A stretch of DNA of 64,000 bases, taken from Kondoa subrosea. Its lineage: Eukaryota. Under the pieces are notes generated by a model, which saw only the letters and a program-made list of their open reading frames with translations, searched no databases and was not told the origin of the DNA. The stretch is taken from contig BCIN01000005.1 in the NCBI GenBank assembly GCA_039545335.1, positions 1,082,641 to 1,146,640 of the forward strand, read 5' to 3'. This document shows positions 52,733 through 64,000 of this stretch, piece after piece. The position numbers and the translations under genes are program-made. Numbering within the stretch: the stretch's first letter is position 1; every line of letters starts with the position of its first letter.

Positions 52733-55249
52733 ATGCTTAGTGCATCTCGATTCGCCTCTCGTTCAGCAACTTCAAGGCTCAGCGGCGCAGCCAGAAGAGC
52801 TTCACCTGTTCTATCACAAAGGAGGAATGCTTCTGATGCGATAACGGGTCCAATCATCGGAATAGATTTGGGAGTAAGTGTGCTGTCGTCAAGCTGACTA
52901 TGCCCCGAGCTGATGTGACTACATTATAGACAACAAACTCATGGTGAGGACTGGCAATTCATGTGGCTGTATTCAGCTATAAGTTGCGCATCTCACAGTG
53001 TGTCTGTTATGGAAGGCAAGCAGCCTAAAGTGCTCGAAAACTCAGAAGGAGGTCAGCTAGATTATCAGATAGTGGCGACCTGCCGCTGACGAGCTCTTTG
53101 CAGCACGAACAACGCCATCAGTAGTAGCTTTCACCAAGGAGAATGAACGATTAGTCGGTCTGCCAGCGAAACGTCAAGCAGTCGTCAACCCTGAAGCTAC
53201 TTTCTTTGCAACAAAACGATTAGTGGGACGCAAGTTCACTGACAAAGAAGTACAGGGAGATTTGAACAAAGTTCCGTATGTCGGAGTAGTCTGCTGTGAG
53301 ATGTCCTCTGATCTTTTCTCCTTACAGCTTCAAGATTGTCAAGCATTCCAATGGAGATGCATGGCTACAAGCACGAGGCAAGGATTACTCGCCGTCCCAG
53401 ATCGGAGCTTTCGTTGTATGTTTGGTCATTTCTTTAGCTGTTCTCTGCTGAACTGCAATGTCCACATACAGGTCGGTAAAATGAAGGAAACCGCTGAAGG
53501 CTACTTCGGCAAGCCAGTCAAGCATGCAGGTGCGGAAATTAGGGAGTTTTGCTGATGACAGCTGATTACCAAGATTTCTGTACAGTCATCACCGTTCCAG
53601 CTTACTTCAACGACTCTCAGCGACAAGCAACAAAGGACGCCGGTTCTATTGCTGGTCTAGATGTTCGCCGTGTCATCAACGAACCTACCGCCGCTGCTCT
53701 TGCATACGGTATGGAACGAGAAGGAGCTAACAAGACCATTGCTGTTTACGATTTAGGAGGAGGAACATTCGATGTTTCAATCTTGGAAATGTCAGATGGT
53801 GTCTTTGAAGTCAAGTCAACCAACGGAGACACACATTTGGGTGGTGAAGATTTCGATATCGCTCTTGTAGATTGGATCTTGGCTGAATTCAAGAAGGAGA
53901 ACGGTGGACTCGATCTATCAAAGGACCGCATGGCTGTTCAACGTATTCGTGAAGCAGCAGAAAAGGCTAAGATCGAACTTTCTTCAACCGCTCAAACCGA
54001 TATCAACCTACCTTTCATTACTGCTGATCAAACTGGACCAAAACACATCAACCTGAAACTTGGTCGAGCTCAATTCGAACGTCTTGTTTCTCCTCTTGTT
54101 GCACGAACAGTTGAACCATGCAAAAAGGCAATCTCAGACGCTGGCATCAAAGCATCGGAAATTCAAGAAGTTATTCTTGTGGGTGGTATGAGCCGAATGC
54201 CTCGTGTTATCGATACCGTGAAATCTGTCTTTGGTCGCGATCCTTCAAAAGGTGTCAACCCTGATGAAGCTGTCGCTGTTGGCGCTTCCATTCAAGGTGG
54301 TGTATTGGCAGGAAGCGTAACGGATGTATTGCTCTTGGATGTTACTCCCCTCTCGCTCGGTATTGAGACACTTGGAGGTGTCTTCACTCGATTGATCAGT
54401 CAGTCCCTCTAGCGATTCTTCTGTTGAATTACTTAAGGTGTTTGCTGACAGACCGAAACACCACTATCCCTACCAAGAAATCTCAAGTCTTCTCAACAGC
54501 AGCTGATGGTCAAACAGCAGTCGAAATCAAGGTCTTCCAAGGTGAACGTGAACTTGTTCGCGACAACAAGATGCTAGGCAACTTCCAGCTTTCTGTTCCA
54601 CCTGCGCCAAAAGGCATGCCTCAAATTGAGGTTTCCTTCTCTATCGATTCGAACGGTGTAAGTCCCTTGAATATTGACTGATGAAATTTATCTTAATTGC
54701 CAAGGCGGCCTACAGATCGTCGATGTCAGCGCCAAAGATAAGGCAACCAACAAAGACGCTTCCATCACCATTGCAGCTTCATCAGGTCTCTCGGACAAGG
54801 AAATCGAGAACATGATCTCGCAAGCTGAAGCCAACGCAGAAGTAGACAAAGAACGCCGTCAACTGATTGAGAACGCCAACCAAGCCGATTCAGTCAGCGC
54901 GGATACCGAAAAGGCTTTGAGCGAATTCAGGGATTCTTTGGAAGCGAGCGAAGTAACCAAGCTTGAAGATCTGCTCAAGGAATTGAGGGAGTTGGCTACT
55001 CGTGGTCAAGCAGGCGAAGAGGGTCTCAAGGCTGAGACTGTTAAGGCCAAGATGGACGAAGTACAGAACGCTTCCCTCGGCGTCTTCAAGAAAGTGAGTT
55101 TTGCTTTTATTAGTGAATTGAGCATTTCTGATTGATATGGCTAGGTTTACGAAAAGAGGAACGCTGAAGCAGCAGCTGAGCCAGCTCCTGACGCGAACGC
55201 ATCAACAGGCGAAGCAGCATCCGAATCAGACAAGGACAAGAAGCAGTAA
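52733..55249 (+). CDS. SSC1: Mitochondrial Hsp70 (DnaK-type)
   Basis: Presequence; [50 protein letters not shown]. Confidence 0.97.
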
Positions 55250-55513
55250 AATGTTCAACCGATTTGATCGACACTTCAAAAAATCTTTTCCCTGCAATGT
55301 TCTCCCTTCGTGGTAGAGAATTTGTAGAAGAGATGGCATAATCTGGGAGAGAAGCTTGCACAAGGGTTCTTTGTCACTACTTAATTTGCACCTCTCATTA
55401 CAATGTAAACATAGAAATCTCCTATAGCCTTGACGTGTCTCGTTCGTCGGCGCTCTTCGACTTGCGGACTCGCGCATGCCATGACGCACTTCCGTTCGGA
55501 CACGATAGCAAAT

Positions 55514-57251
55514 TCACTTCCCTGACAGGGCTGCGAGATCAAAAAGCTGCTTGACCATTTGTGCAGCATTGGTTGGAGGAGGACAGCTGAGGTAGAGCAT
55601 TCAAGAAGACCATGTCTGACCATTATGAAGTTACGAACTAAGTCAGTACCAGTCAGCAAGAACTCGTGCCCATTTATGTGGAGCATACTCAAATGTCTTG
55701 TTCTGAGTAATCTTCGTACGCAGACGATTCACTGTCGGAACAAGATTTTTCTATCTCGGTATCACCCCACAAGCCGGATTCAGCTTCATTCGCTTTGCGT
55801 TCCCGCTCTTTCCTTTCTGCTCGAAGTCTATCTCGCTCTTCTCTCTGCGCTTCCCTAACCTCGTTCCTCTCTATATAAGCCTCAAATCTCTGCTTCAGTA
55901 AGACAGCTTGGTCGAAACAGGACTGGTGAAGTCAATGGAGTGTGCGAGACAATACGTTTCCAATCCTTGTATTTGTGAGATAATCTCATCTAGGTTGTCC
56001 AGCGTTTTGTATTCGCTGCCCAGACTTTCGCATTTGCATTCATAGTCCAAATTTATATGTTCAGCGCAAACCAGATCGAGCCGTTGAAGTTTCTTCAGAC
56101 TTGGTAGAACGTGGGAAAGAACTGAAGGTTGGAATTGTGAAGATCTAGACCAAGAAGGCAAGGGAGTTTTAATTGTTAGATGCTCCAAAGTGAGAGGAAG
56201 AAGGATGAGTCTGTGAATAGCCCAGCGTGAACCGGATAGAGTTAGATGCTTGACAAAACCTAAAGAAGCTAGAATGAGAGCGAGTCGTTTTCATGATCCG
56301 GATCATGTCCGTAACAGCTGGCTTCATTAACATTGGCGCGGAAATTCAATTCGACCGTTTCAATGGGTTGCTTGACATTCCCCAGAACCAAAGGTAATCT
56401 TTCCCAATCAGTGTAGAGACAGCCAATAGTGAGTCTGCTCAATGTAGCTGGCATTTGAGATAGATCATACTTGAACGGAATCAGATTGAGATGATCGCGA
56501 TGGACAGAGTAGTGCTCAAGCGAAGAAAATGGATTTGGTACTGAGTTTCGAAGCGGTGCCGATCTGACGACAGGAGGCGGATTTGCCCTTGCCTTATTAG
56601 ATCCACCGCAGCCAGGACAACCTCCGGCAGGTGCTTGTACACGGAAACCAGTCTTTGGCCACAATTTGCAGTCTGAGTCAGAAACCGACAATGTTTTCAG
56701 CTTTGACCATTGCTTGATTGATAATATGCGCAGTGGATTTGTCTTGATGTCTCCTGGCTTCACTAGATGATTTCGATTCGATAGTACCAAAGTTTCCAAT
56801 CGCTCATTTAGACTCGTCTCGCAGAGCGTATCCATTGTAGCTCGATAGTCAGCCATGTTATTCAGCGAAAGATATTTCAGCGCCAGCATAGGCTCCGTGA
56901 TTTGCTTCGAGATTGTCGGCTCCATAGCATAATGAACTTCCAGCGCTTTAACGGTAGAATTCCATTGGCTAGTCTCTTGAGCAGAACCATTGAGCAGAGC
57001 AGATTCGTCTGCTTGGCCTCGCAATATCCTATCCGTAACAACTGCCATATTGGTAAACTTGCCTTGTGTAGTATAATTGCTTGCTATCACTGCGACAGCG
57101 AAAGGAGTCCCAAAGGCCCAGGAGGGAAGTGTTGGCAGGGCTTGATACTGAGGAAGTATTGCTCGGGATGACTGTTTGCGGAAACTATGCCGACTGGGAC
57201 GATGGAAGCGTTGCTTAGTAAGGCCAACGAAAGCTTATACCGATTAAACAT
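55514..57251 (-). CDS. LRR-like (possibly F-box-associated) protein with frame disruptions; possible pseudogene
   Basis: LxxLxL repeats (LKYLSL, LETLVL, LKTLSV, LEHLTI, LQRLDL). Frame changes near 56290 and 55923; coiled-coil-like tail. Confidence 0.55.
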
Positions 57252-57344
57252 CCTGATAGCTCTACCTGATAGTAATACAATTCTACCTCAGCCGCTCCCA
57301 ACCTAATCTTCTGAACGAATAACGAAATCTACACGACTCTTCCC

Positions 57345-60300
57345 CTATACATACCAGCTCTTGACAGACGACGTATTCTCTTGATCACTTGCCTCCCTTT
57401 CATATATTGCTGGCTCCTGCTTCTTGAGTTGCGCCCGCCGATCTAAACCACTTAAAATGCGCTTCTGTTTCGCTTGCGCAGCTCTAGGGGTGAGCAATAC
57501 AGATCTATTTAAGACTTTGAGCAAGATATTCAAAGCGTTTGAAGACTGCGCACCTTGTTCTTTCCACAGGTTTTTCCAGTGCAAGCCTTTCTATGTCCTG
57601 CTCGATTGTTTGTCTTCGATACTTTTTAGATGGACATTCGGCAGTGACCGCAAACCGATCCATAACAGGACTTGATGTTCCGTACTCACGTCTTTTAGGC
57701 GACTCGCCAGATGAGGTCGACGAGAAAGAAGATTTGCTAGATCGTTCCAGCTTTTCTTTGTCCAGGCTAACTTCGCGCAATCGATTGGACAGAGACGAGA
57801 CAGCCGGAGGCGAGTAAGGTTGGTCTCGGAACGAAGGTTTTGTTGGCGATACTTGAGGAGAATTTGGCAGACTGACGAGATGAGAAGCATCGACCAGACC
57901 TTCTTTCTGCATGCGGTGGATCAATTCTCTTTGTGCAGTCATGCGCTGTCATGACTCGTCAGCGAGTTTGTTCACTGCAGATGTCAGCGACTTACTTGTC
58001 GCCATTGCTTTAGGTCCAGCTGAAGATCGCTTATGGTCTGTTTCTGAGAGTCAATAACCTGATTTAAGCGATCCAACTCCGATCTCGATGCTCTTGTATC
58101 CGGCTCATCGAAGTCATCCTCATAACGCCGAGATTCGCCCAATGTAGACGAGCGTATCGGAAGACCGAGAGACGGTCCTGGTCTAAGCGAAGGCGGATGT
58201 ACTAGCCGAGAGGCGGATGCACTAGCCGAGAATTTCGCTACTTGTTGTTCCAGACTGATGATCTTCTGCTTTTGTTCCGTTATAGTAGCTTGAAGCTCTT
58301 GAAGTCGTGACGAATCATCTACAGAGGAGCTCGACCGAGACAAGGAAGAAGACAAACCGGACTTGGCTTGAGCCGCTTGGAGTTTAGCTTGCAGATCCAT
58401 TGCTGTTGGTCCATAAGGGGTGGATGGTAGCGAAGGTTTGCGTAGATCTCGAAGACGCTGAACCTCTGATTCTGCCGACTGAGCCTGAGTGGCTTTTGTA
58501 GACAAATCAGATTCGAGCGATTTGATCTTTGATTGAGCTTCGAGTAATTTCCTATTTTGTTCTTCTTCTACAGCAACCGCTGAATCGATTTGGTTCAGAG
58601 CAGTTATGAGTTCTCCTTTGAGCCTCTTCTCCTCTTCTTGCCACTCTTGGAGAGCTTCGGCGTGCGATTGCTTAAATTCGGCTAGATTGGCTCGAGCAAT
58701 TTGCAGCGTTTCTTGCATCTCCTGTTGAGATTCCTGCGAGGTTGATACTTGCGACTCAGCTTCTTCTCGTCGCTTCTGTAGATCGCCGAAAAGTTTCGCT
58801 GTTGCTTGGGCCTTCGCTTGTGATTTGGCGAGGTCATTTTGACTTGATTTGAGCATCTTCTCAGTCTTAGCTAGTCGAGATTGCAGTGCAGTGAGAATGG
58901 AGTCCTTTGTTTCGCTAGAGGTGGCCAGATCAGCCTTGAGTGAAGCGATTTCCTTGTCACGAGTATTAATCAAGGTTTCTGCTTCGGTCTTCTGGAGGGT
59001 GATAGAATCCAGCTCTGACCTGAGAATAGCGATTGCTTCATCTCTCGAAGCCAACATCGCTAAATTTGCTTGAGCGGCTTCTTGGTCATTCTCAGAACCA
59101 GACCGAGCGTCGAAGAGTGCTTGCTGTGCTTCAGCTAGTTGAGCCCGCAGAGATTCGGCTTGACTATTTGCATCAACTTGAGATTTTCGCAGAGCCTCTG
59201 CTTCAGCTGACTTTGATGAAGCAAGCTGACGACTTGCCTCGAGCGCAGATGATGTAGCAGTGGAAGCAGATCGCAAAGATTCTAGTTCTACCATTTGGGA
59301 GGCTTGCTCTTCTTCTTGCATTTCCAGCCGAGCAGTGAAGGAACGGACGTCCGCTTCGAGCTTGAAAATCTGGTCATCTTTCTTTCTCATGTTCTTCTCA
59401 TTGGCTTCCAGTGCTTTCTCGAGCATCGTTTCCTGTTATGTACATCAGTTCTTTGTAAAGACAGACGAATCGACAACGGACCCTCTCCATGGAACCGATT
59501 CGTGGACTTGCAATTGTTTCCAATGATCCACTGATTGCTCGTTTACTGGGCGTGTCTATCCCGCTCTTCTGAGGTGTAGCTAATCCAAGACCTATTTCAC
59601 TGATCCGCCGATTGTATCCATTTCGTCGCAATGTACCAGGTGGACCGGCTTGGCGCCGCAACGCTTCTGGAGATCGATCAGCAGCATGAGATAGATGAGA
59701 GGAAGAAGAGCCAGTGAGAAGCAGTCGAGTGAGGTTTTGCAGTTCATCAGCTAATTGTGTGCGCTTCTGACGCATTTCAGCGATTTCCATCTCGGCCTAC
59801 ACCTTCAAGATTAGTAAATGTAGGCGAGTGAAGGCATCACTGACCTTTGTTCTCTCGTCTTCGAGCGCACCAAGATGTTTGCGCTGTTCTTCCCGAGCTT
59901 GTAACAGCTCCTCACTGTCTTCTGCATCTTGAATCACTTCGTTTTGCCTCTTGAGCTGAGATCGAAGTTGTTCCACTTCTCGCTGATATTTCTGGATCAA
60001 AGCACTCTTTTCATCCATGACCTGATCATTGATTTAGTATATGACTTCTGAATTGCAGGAGAGTACAGAGATAAGACTGACCAATCCTCTTTCAGCTTTG
60101 GTGACAACCATCTTTGCGCTGCGAGCGAATTTCAAGGTAGAGACACTTTCGGCAGCCTGTAAAGGATCAGGAGAGACGGTGCAGACGACAGCGACCCGCG
60201 CATTACCGCCTAGTGATGTTTGTAGCAAGCGAGTAAGTTTCGAATCTCGGTAAGGAATATGTTGAGAAGAGCTGGAAGAAGGATCTTAGTATATCATTAT

Positions 60301-61770
60301 TACAGCGAGAAGATTGATCTCACGATTTGCCAGCTGCTGATGAGAGTTTGCCAATGACATTACCAAGCGCGAGCAAACTGCAAGACATGCAATCAGATGG
60401 TTTAATTCCAATGAGAAAGATAATTACCTCTTATTGATATGAGAGCCCTCAGCATTCCGTTCTGCTACTTCGCTACCTTGACCTGAACTCATCTTCTCAC
60501 TTCCAGCCAAATCAATGAGGTTCTTAGTCCGGCCCAAATCAGTCTAAATCTATCGTTTTGCGTCAAAGAGCTCACAAGCTGACTGATCCGCGTTGATCCT
60601 GTCCCTTCCTTCAGAGTGCTTTCAATCGTCATAGTGAAAACACAGTGACTTCTACTCGATCGAGCATTCCAATCTGTTGTTCCAACATGCCTTGAATGTT
60701 CACCTCGATCCAACGCATCAAACACTTCATCTGATCGAGTAACTACCTCTTCTTTCAAAGGATCAACATAAATCGTTCCATTTCTTTCACGGATCTTAAG
60801 TTCAGTAGGGAGAGGAGAAGCTCGACCTGAAGAAGGGGAAGAAGGTGATAGTAAGTCTTTGAGTGATTCGTTGTAGATTTCGAGATAGGATACTCGTAGC
60901 AGGTATTGCCGGTCTTCGTCTTCTTCTATTGCGGAGAAGACTTGAGAAACCGCTTGATGAATGATTCCAGGTTCACCAGGACTTCCCATCATGGCTTTAC
61001 AGATATATATCAGTACAATATTTCAGCTCGCCGGATGAGGACTGACTGTGCGTCTTGCCAGATCCAGTTTGACCATAAGCGAAAACCGTTCCGTTAAACC
61101 CTTCGATTGCAGCTTTCACAACCCGACCAATCTGTTGCTCATACAAATCTTCCGTAGTTTGTGTAGGTAAGATGATGGAATCGAAGCGGAAATCATAAGT
61201 ATCTTCTTTGCCTTTCTGACCGCCTCTTGATTTGATCAAAGGATGATGTTCCGATAACTTGATTTGAGCTTCTTCAGGGTTCAAAGTCCATATAGGTTCT
61301 GCTTCATTCGAAGGTTTACCAGGTCTAACACGAACGCAAACGACTATATTCTGAGCCTTGCCATCTGCTGAATCGGAAGATTGGATAGTAGGTCTAGCTT
61401 TACGTGTTTTCGGAGTTGACAAGGTCGCTATAGAGTTGTTAGACGATTCTCGAGCTGTATCGAATCCCCGTTCGGTCTCTGACATTGTCGAAATAGATAC
61501 TCGAGTACCGCCAAAGACATCTTCGGCTTCTGAAGCGGATTCCATAGAAAAGGAAGAGGAGGCTGTTGAAGTTTCTGGGTCATCTGTTGATTTGCGAGCC
61601 TTCTTGGCTTTTGTAGGTGAAGCTGATGATTTCTTACTTGGGCTGCTCGAAGCTTTCTTGGACTTGCCGTTCAAAGTGGAAGGAATAGAAGGGACTCGAG
61701 GTAGAGTAGGAGCCAAAGCAAGCTCTGGAGTGGCTTGTCGCTTCTTGCGAGAGCTCCTTGGTGCAGACAT
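57345..61770 (-). CDS. Kinesin-7 (CENP-E/Kip2-like) motor with long coiled coil
   Basis: [61 protein letters not shown]; coiled-coil stalk. Confidence 0.93.
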
Positions 61771-62320
61771 TGGAGTTTGATGAAAATCAAAACAAAGATT
61801 GAAGTCGGCTTAAGAGCTCAGATATCGAAGTTCTGAGGGTATAAGTGGCACTTCTGGCCGTCTCTGAGGGCTCCTGTGCCGCGTAAGAAGCCTGCGAGTT
61901 GTCTTGAGATGGCCGATTTGGTCAAGCAAACTTGAAATGCGAGCGAACTTCCCTTGACTTCCAACTGCCACAAAAGGTTTACTGCTGCCGCTGTAAGTCA
62001 CCTATGCTTTGTCTTATCTATCTCCATCATCCTTTGCCAACATCTTCTGTTTTCTGCTTGCAATTCTGCACTTCAATTACGTAACTTGCTTAATGTACGC
62101 ATGCTTTGCATCGACAGCCTTCGCTTCGCGTACGGCATCGTAGTCAGCTGTCAATTTGTGCCTTAGATTCAGCTTGTCATATTCGTGAACAGCCCATGTC
62201 ATACGCTTCCTTTGTGTCCCTTGCTTGGGAGAGCTATTCCGACAGCTTTGCCAGACCCTGTGTCTAAATACTGAATAGCATTCTTTATCACAGGCTTCTA
62301 CTGATGCCTCAAAGCCGAAA

Positions 62321-63338
62321 ATGAAACTTAGCAGCAAACTAGAGCAATTGAACGAGTATGCTCTTACATTTTCGACTTTGTCGTCCGGCTCTCCTCTTTC
62401 TTACTGAGACCTGCAGAATCTCCCAAATCACTCACATTAATGACTTACCTGATCAAGCACCGCTATTCGTCCATTCTTCAACTTATCATGCAACCTCCTG
62501 GCGTGTTCAAATCATTACCAAATCTGCTATTGATCCAGATACAACGCTGTACTATCAATCTCTCATTGATGAATCTGCTCTGAAAGAACTGTTCCTCAAG
62601 TATTGGACCAGACAGGCCAAAGCTGTTGGAGGTTATGAAGCTTGTATTGAGATTATCGTGGAAGCGTTTGATAGAGGGAGATTGAATGCCAAAGGATACA
62701 AGACTGGTCGCTCGTCCTTTGATGTGAGTTGCACGTGTCATATCATCCTTTAGCTTGTAAATCATTTACTACGTTACAGCTTCACATTGAAGGAAGTGAT
62801 GCTACTATGCAACCGTTGGTCGTCAAAGTTCACGCTTTGGATGATAGCAAGAAAGAAGATCAGCTAGATCTATTCGAGCTGTTAATTATGGTGCGCGCTG
62901 ATATTTTTAAAGCTGCGGTTCAGCTGAAAAGGTTGTTTATTGCCACAGCTCTCCGGAGAAGCTCACCAAAGCAAAAGCACTATCAGAGGAATGAACAATG
63001 CTGTCGGCAGACTAGCGGAGATGACTAAAGAACGAGATAGATTGGCTCGAAAGCTGGATGATGCTGAGCATCAAGTCAGTCAGCTCGGGAAAGTCGACAA
63101 AGCTAAAGCTAGTATGTCTACTATGCCTCGCTTGCTGTGTGTAGATGCTGATGGAATTTCAAGCTCTATCGAATCCGCACAAGCGTCCTAGAGGTCCAGC
63201 GAACCTTGCCGGCGCAAGTGGACCCATGTGAGTGCTCCTTCTCTTGTTGTGAAGCTAGCCTGACCAAAAGTGCACAGTCGTAAAGTCAAACAGCAAGAGT
63301 TTGCGGACTCGGATGATGATGACGAAGAGGACGATTGA
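62321..63338 (+). CDS. Hypothetical protein, candidate XRCC4-superfamily (PAXX-like) NHEJ factor
   Basis: Spliced product has a beta-rich head, a short coiled coil, then TLSNPHKRPR...RKVKQQEFADSD tail. Family call is inference. Confidence 0.5.
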
Positions 63339-63427
63339 ATGCCTGAAAAGGCGGTGAGGAGTCCAACTACTATTTCCCCACTCATTGTATACATAAGCTA
63401 CCATTACAATTCCAACATGCATATATT

Positions 63428-64000
63428 TCATTCATCTAGTAAAGATTCCTGCATATTCTCGTCCACCGGTATCTCTGAACCTTCTACCGCGAGCTCTACC
63501 GTTGAAGGCACCGATATTGCTGGTATTGCTTCAGCTTGAGAGGTTGATTTCGCTTCACCAACTTTCGTAAGAATGCAAACTCCCTCGATATGATACGTCA
63601 TAGGAAACAGATCAGCTCCTTTGATGCTTTCAATCTTGTAACCACCATCTTTGACCAGAACGCCAACATCTCTCGCTTGCGTATGCACATTGCAAGAAAC
63701 ATAGATAACTTGACGGGGACCGAATTTGATTAATTGCTGTAGGAATAGATCATCACAACCCTTTCTAGGTGGATCAATGAGAATAGTAGTTTGTTGAGGT
63801 GGATAATCGATTTCCTATTACCATCAAAGTGAGTACGAAAGTCAGTCACTTACGTTAGTTTAAAAGATTCGCACTGTGCGCACTCACAGTAAAGATAGCT
63901 TCAGCGTTACCCACTATAAAATCTGCATTCTTGATACCATTCAGTTCAGCATTATGTTTTGCGTATTTTACACTATCAGCCGAAATTTCAACACCAGAGA
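63428..64000 (-). CDS. TRM2: tRNA (uracil-5-)-methyltransferase, 3' part; runs off window end
   Basis: GVEIS, IDPPRKGCD, YVSCNVHTQARD (catalytic Cys), DLFPMTYHIEGV. Confidence 0.93.

Noticed and set aside
439..55249. Frataxin, J-protein and mtHsp70 as an Fe-S assembly cluster
   Set aside because: SSC1 is about 50 kb away and the J-protein lacks an evident Jac1/HscB C-terminal domain.
57190..57360. Possible spliced fusion of kinesin to the downstream LRR gene
   Set aside because: The tested splice paths hit stops; kinesin ends at KSWYV* and the LRR gene has its own ATG at 57251.

Overview
Gene-dense, intron-rich fungal DNA (about 45% GC, introns mostly about 45-65 nt with varied GT donors and frequent AAG acceptors). 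It is most likely a basidiomycete, probably Pucciniomycotina (inferred from gene families). I found no rRNA, tRNA, CRISPR or clear transposon. About 24 protein-coding genes were assembled by hand-splicing: an ING-family protein (partial), frataxin, two F-box/LRR-like genes plus an inverted F-box relic, a J-domain protein, a Ras-like-domain RasGEF, tannase/feruloyl esterase, a RING-like plus RRM-like protein, SER1, a type-B carboxylesterase, a BTB protein, an unknown membrane protein, an amino-acid permease, TAO3/Mor2, pirin, a membrane-anchored ubiquitin-fold protein, a DUF6534-like protein, a low-complexity protein, RAX1, an orphan, CYP53, MOB2, Tudor-SN, mitochondrial Hsp70, kinesin-7, a PAXX/XRCC4-like candidate and TRM2 (partial). 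The most striking signal is ultra-small exons. CYP53 keeps its frame and conserved motifs only with a 1-nt exon (45268) and a 2-nt exon (45860-45861, inside the I-helix AGSDT motif), and MOB2 needs a 4-nt exon. All gene models come from manual inspection with no database searches, so exon boundaries are predictions.
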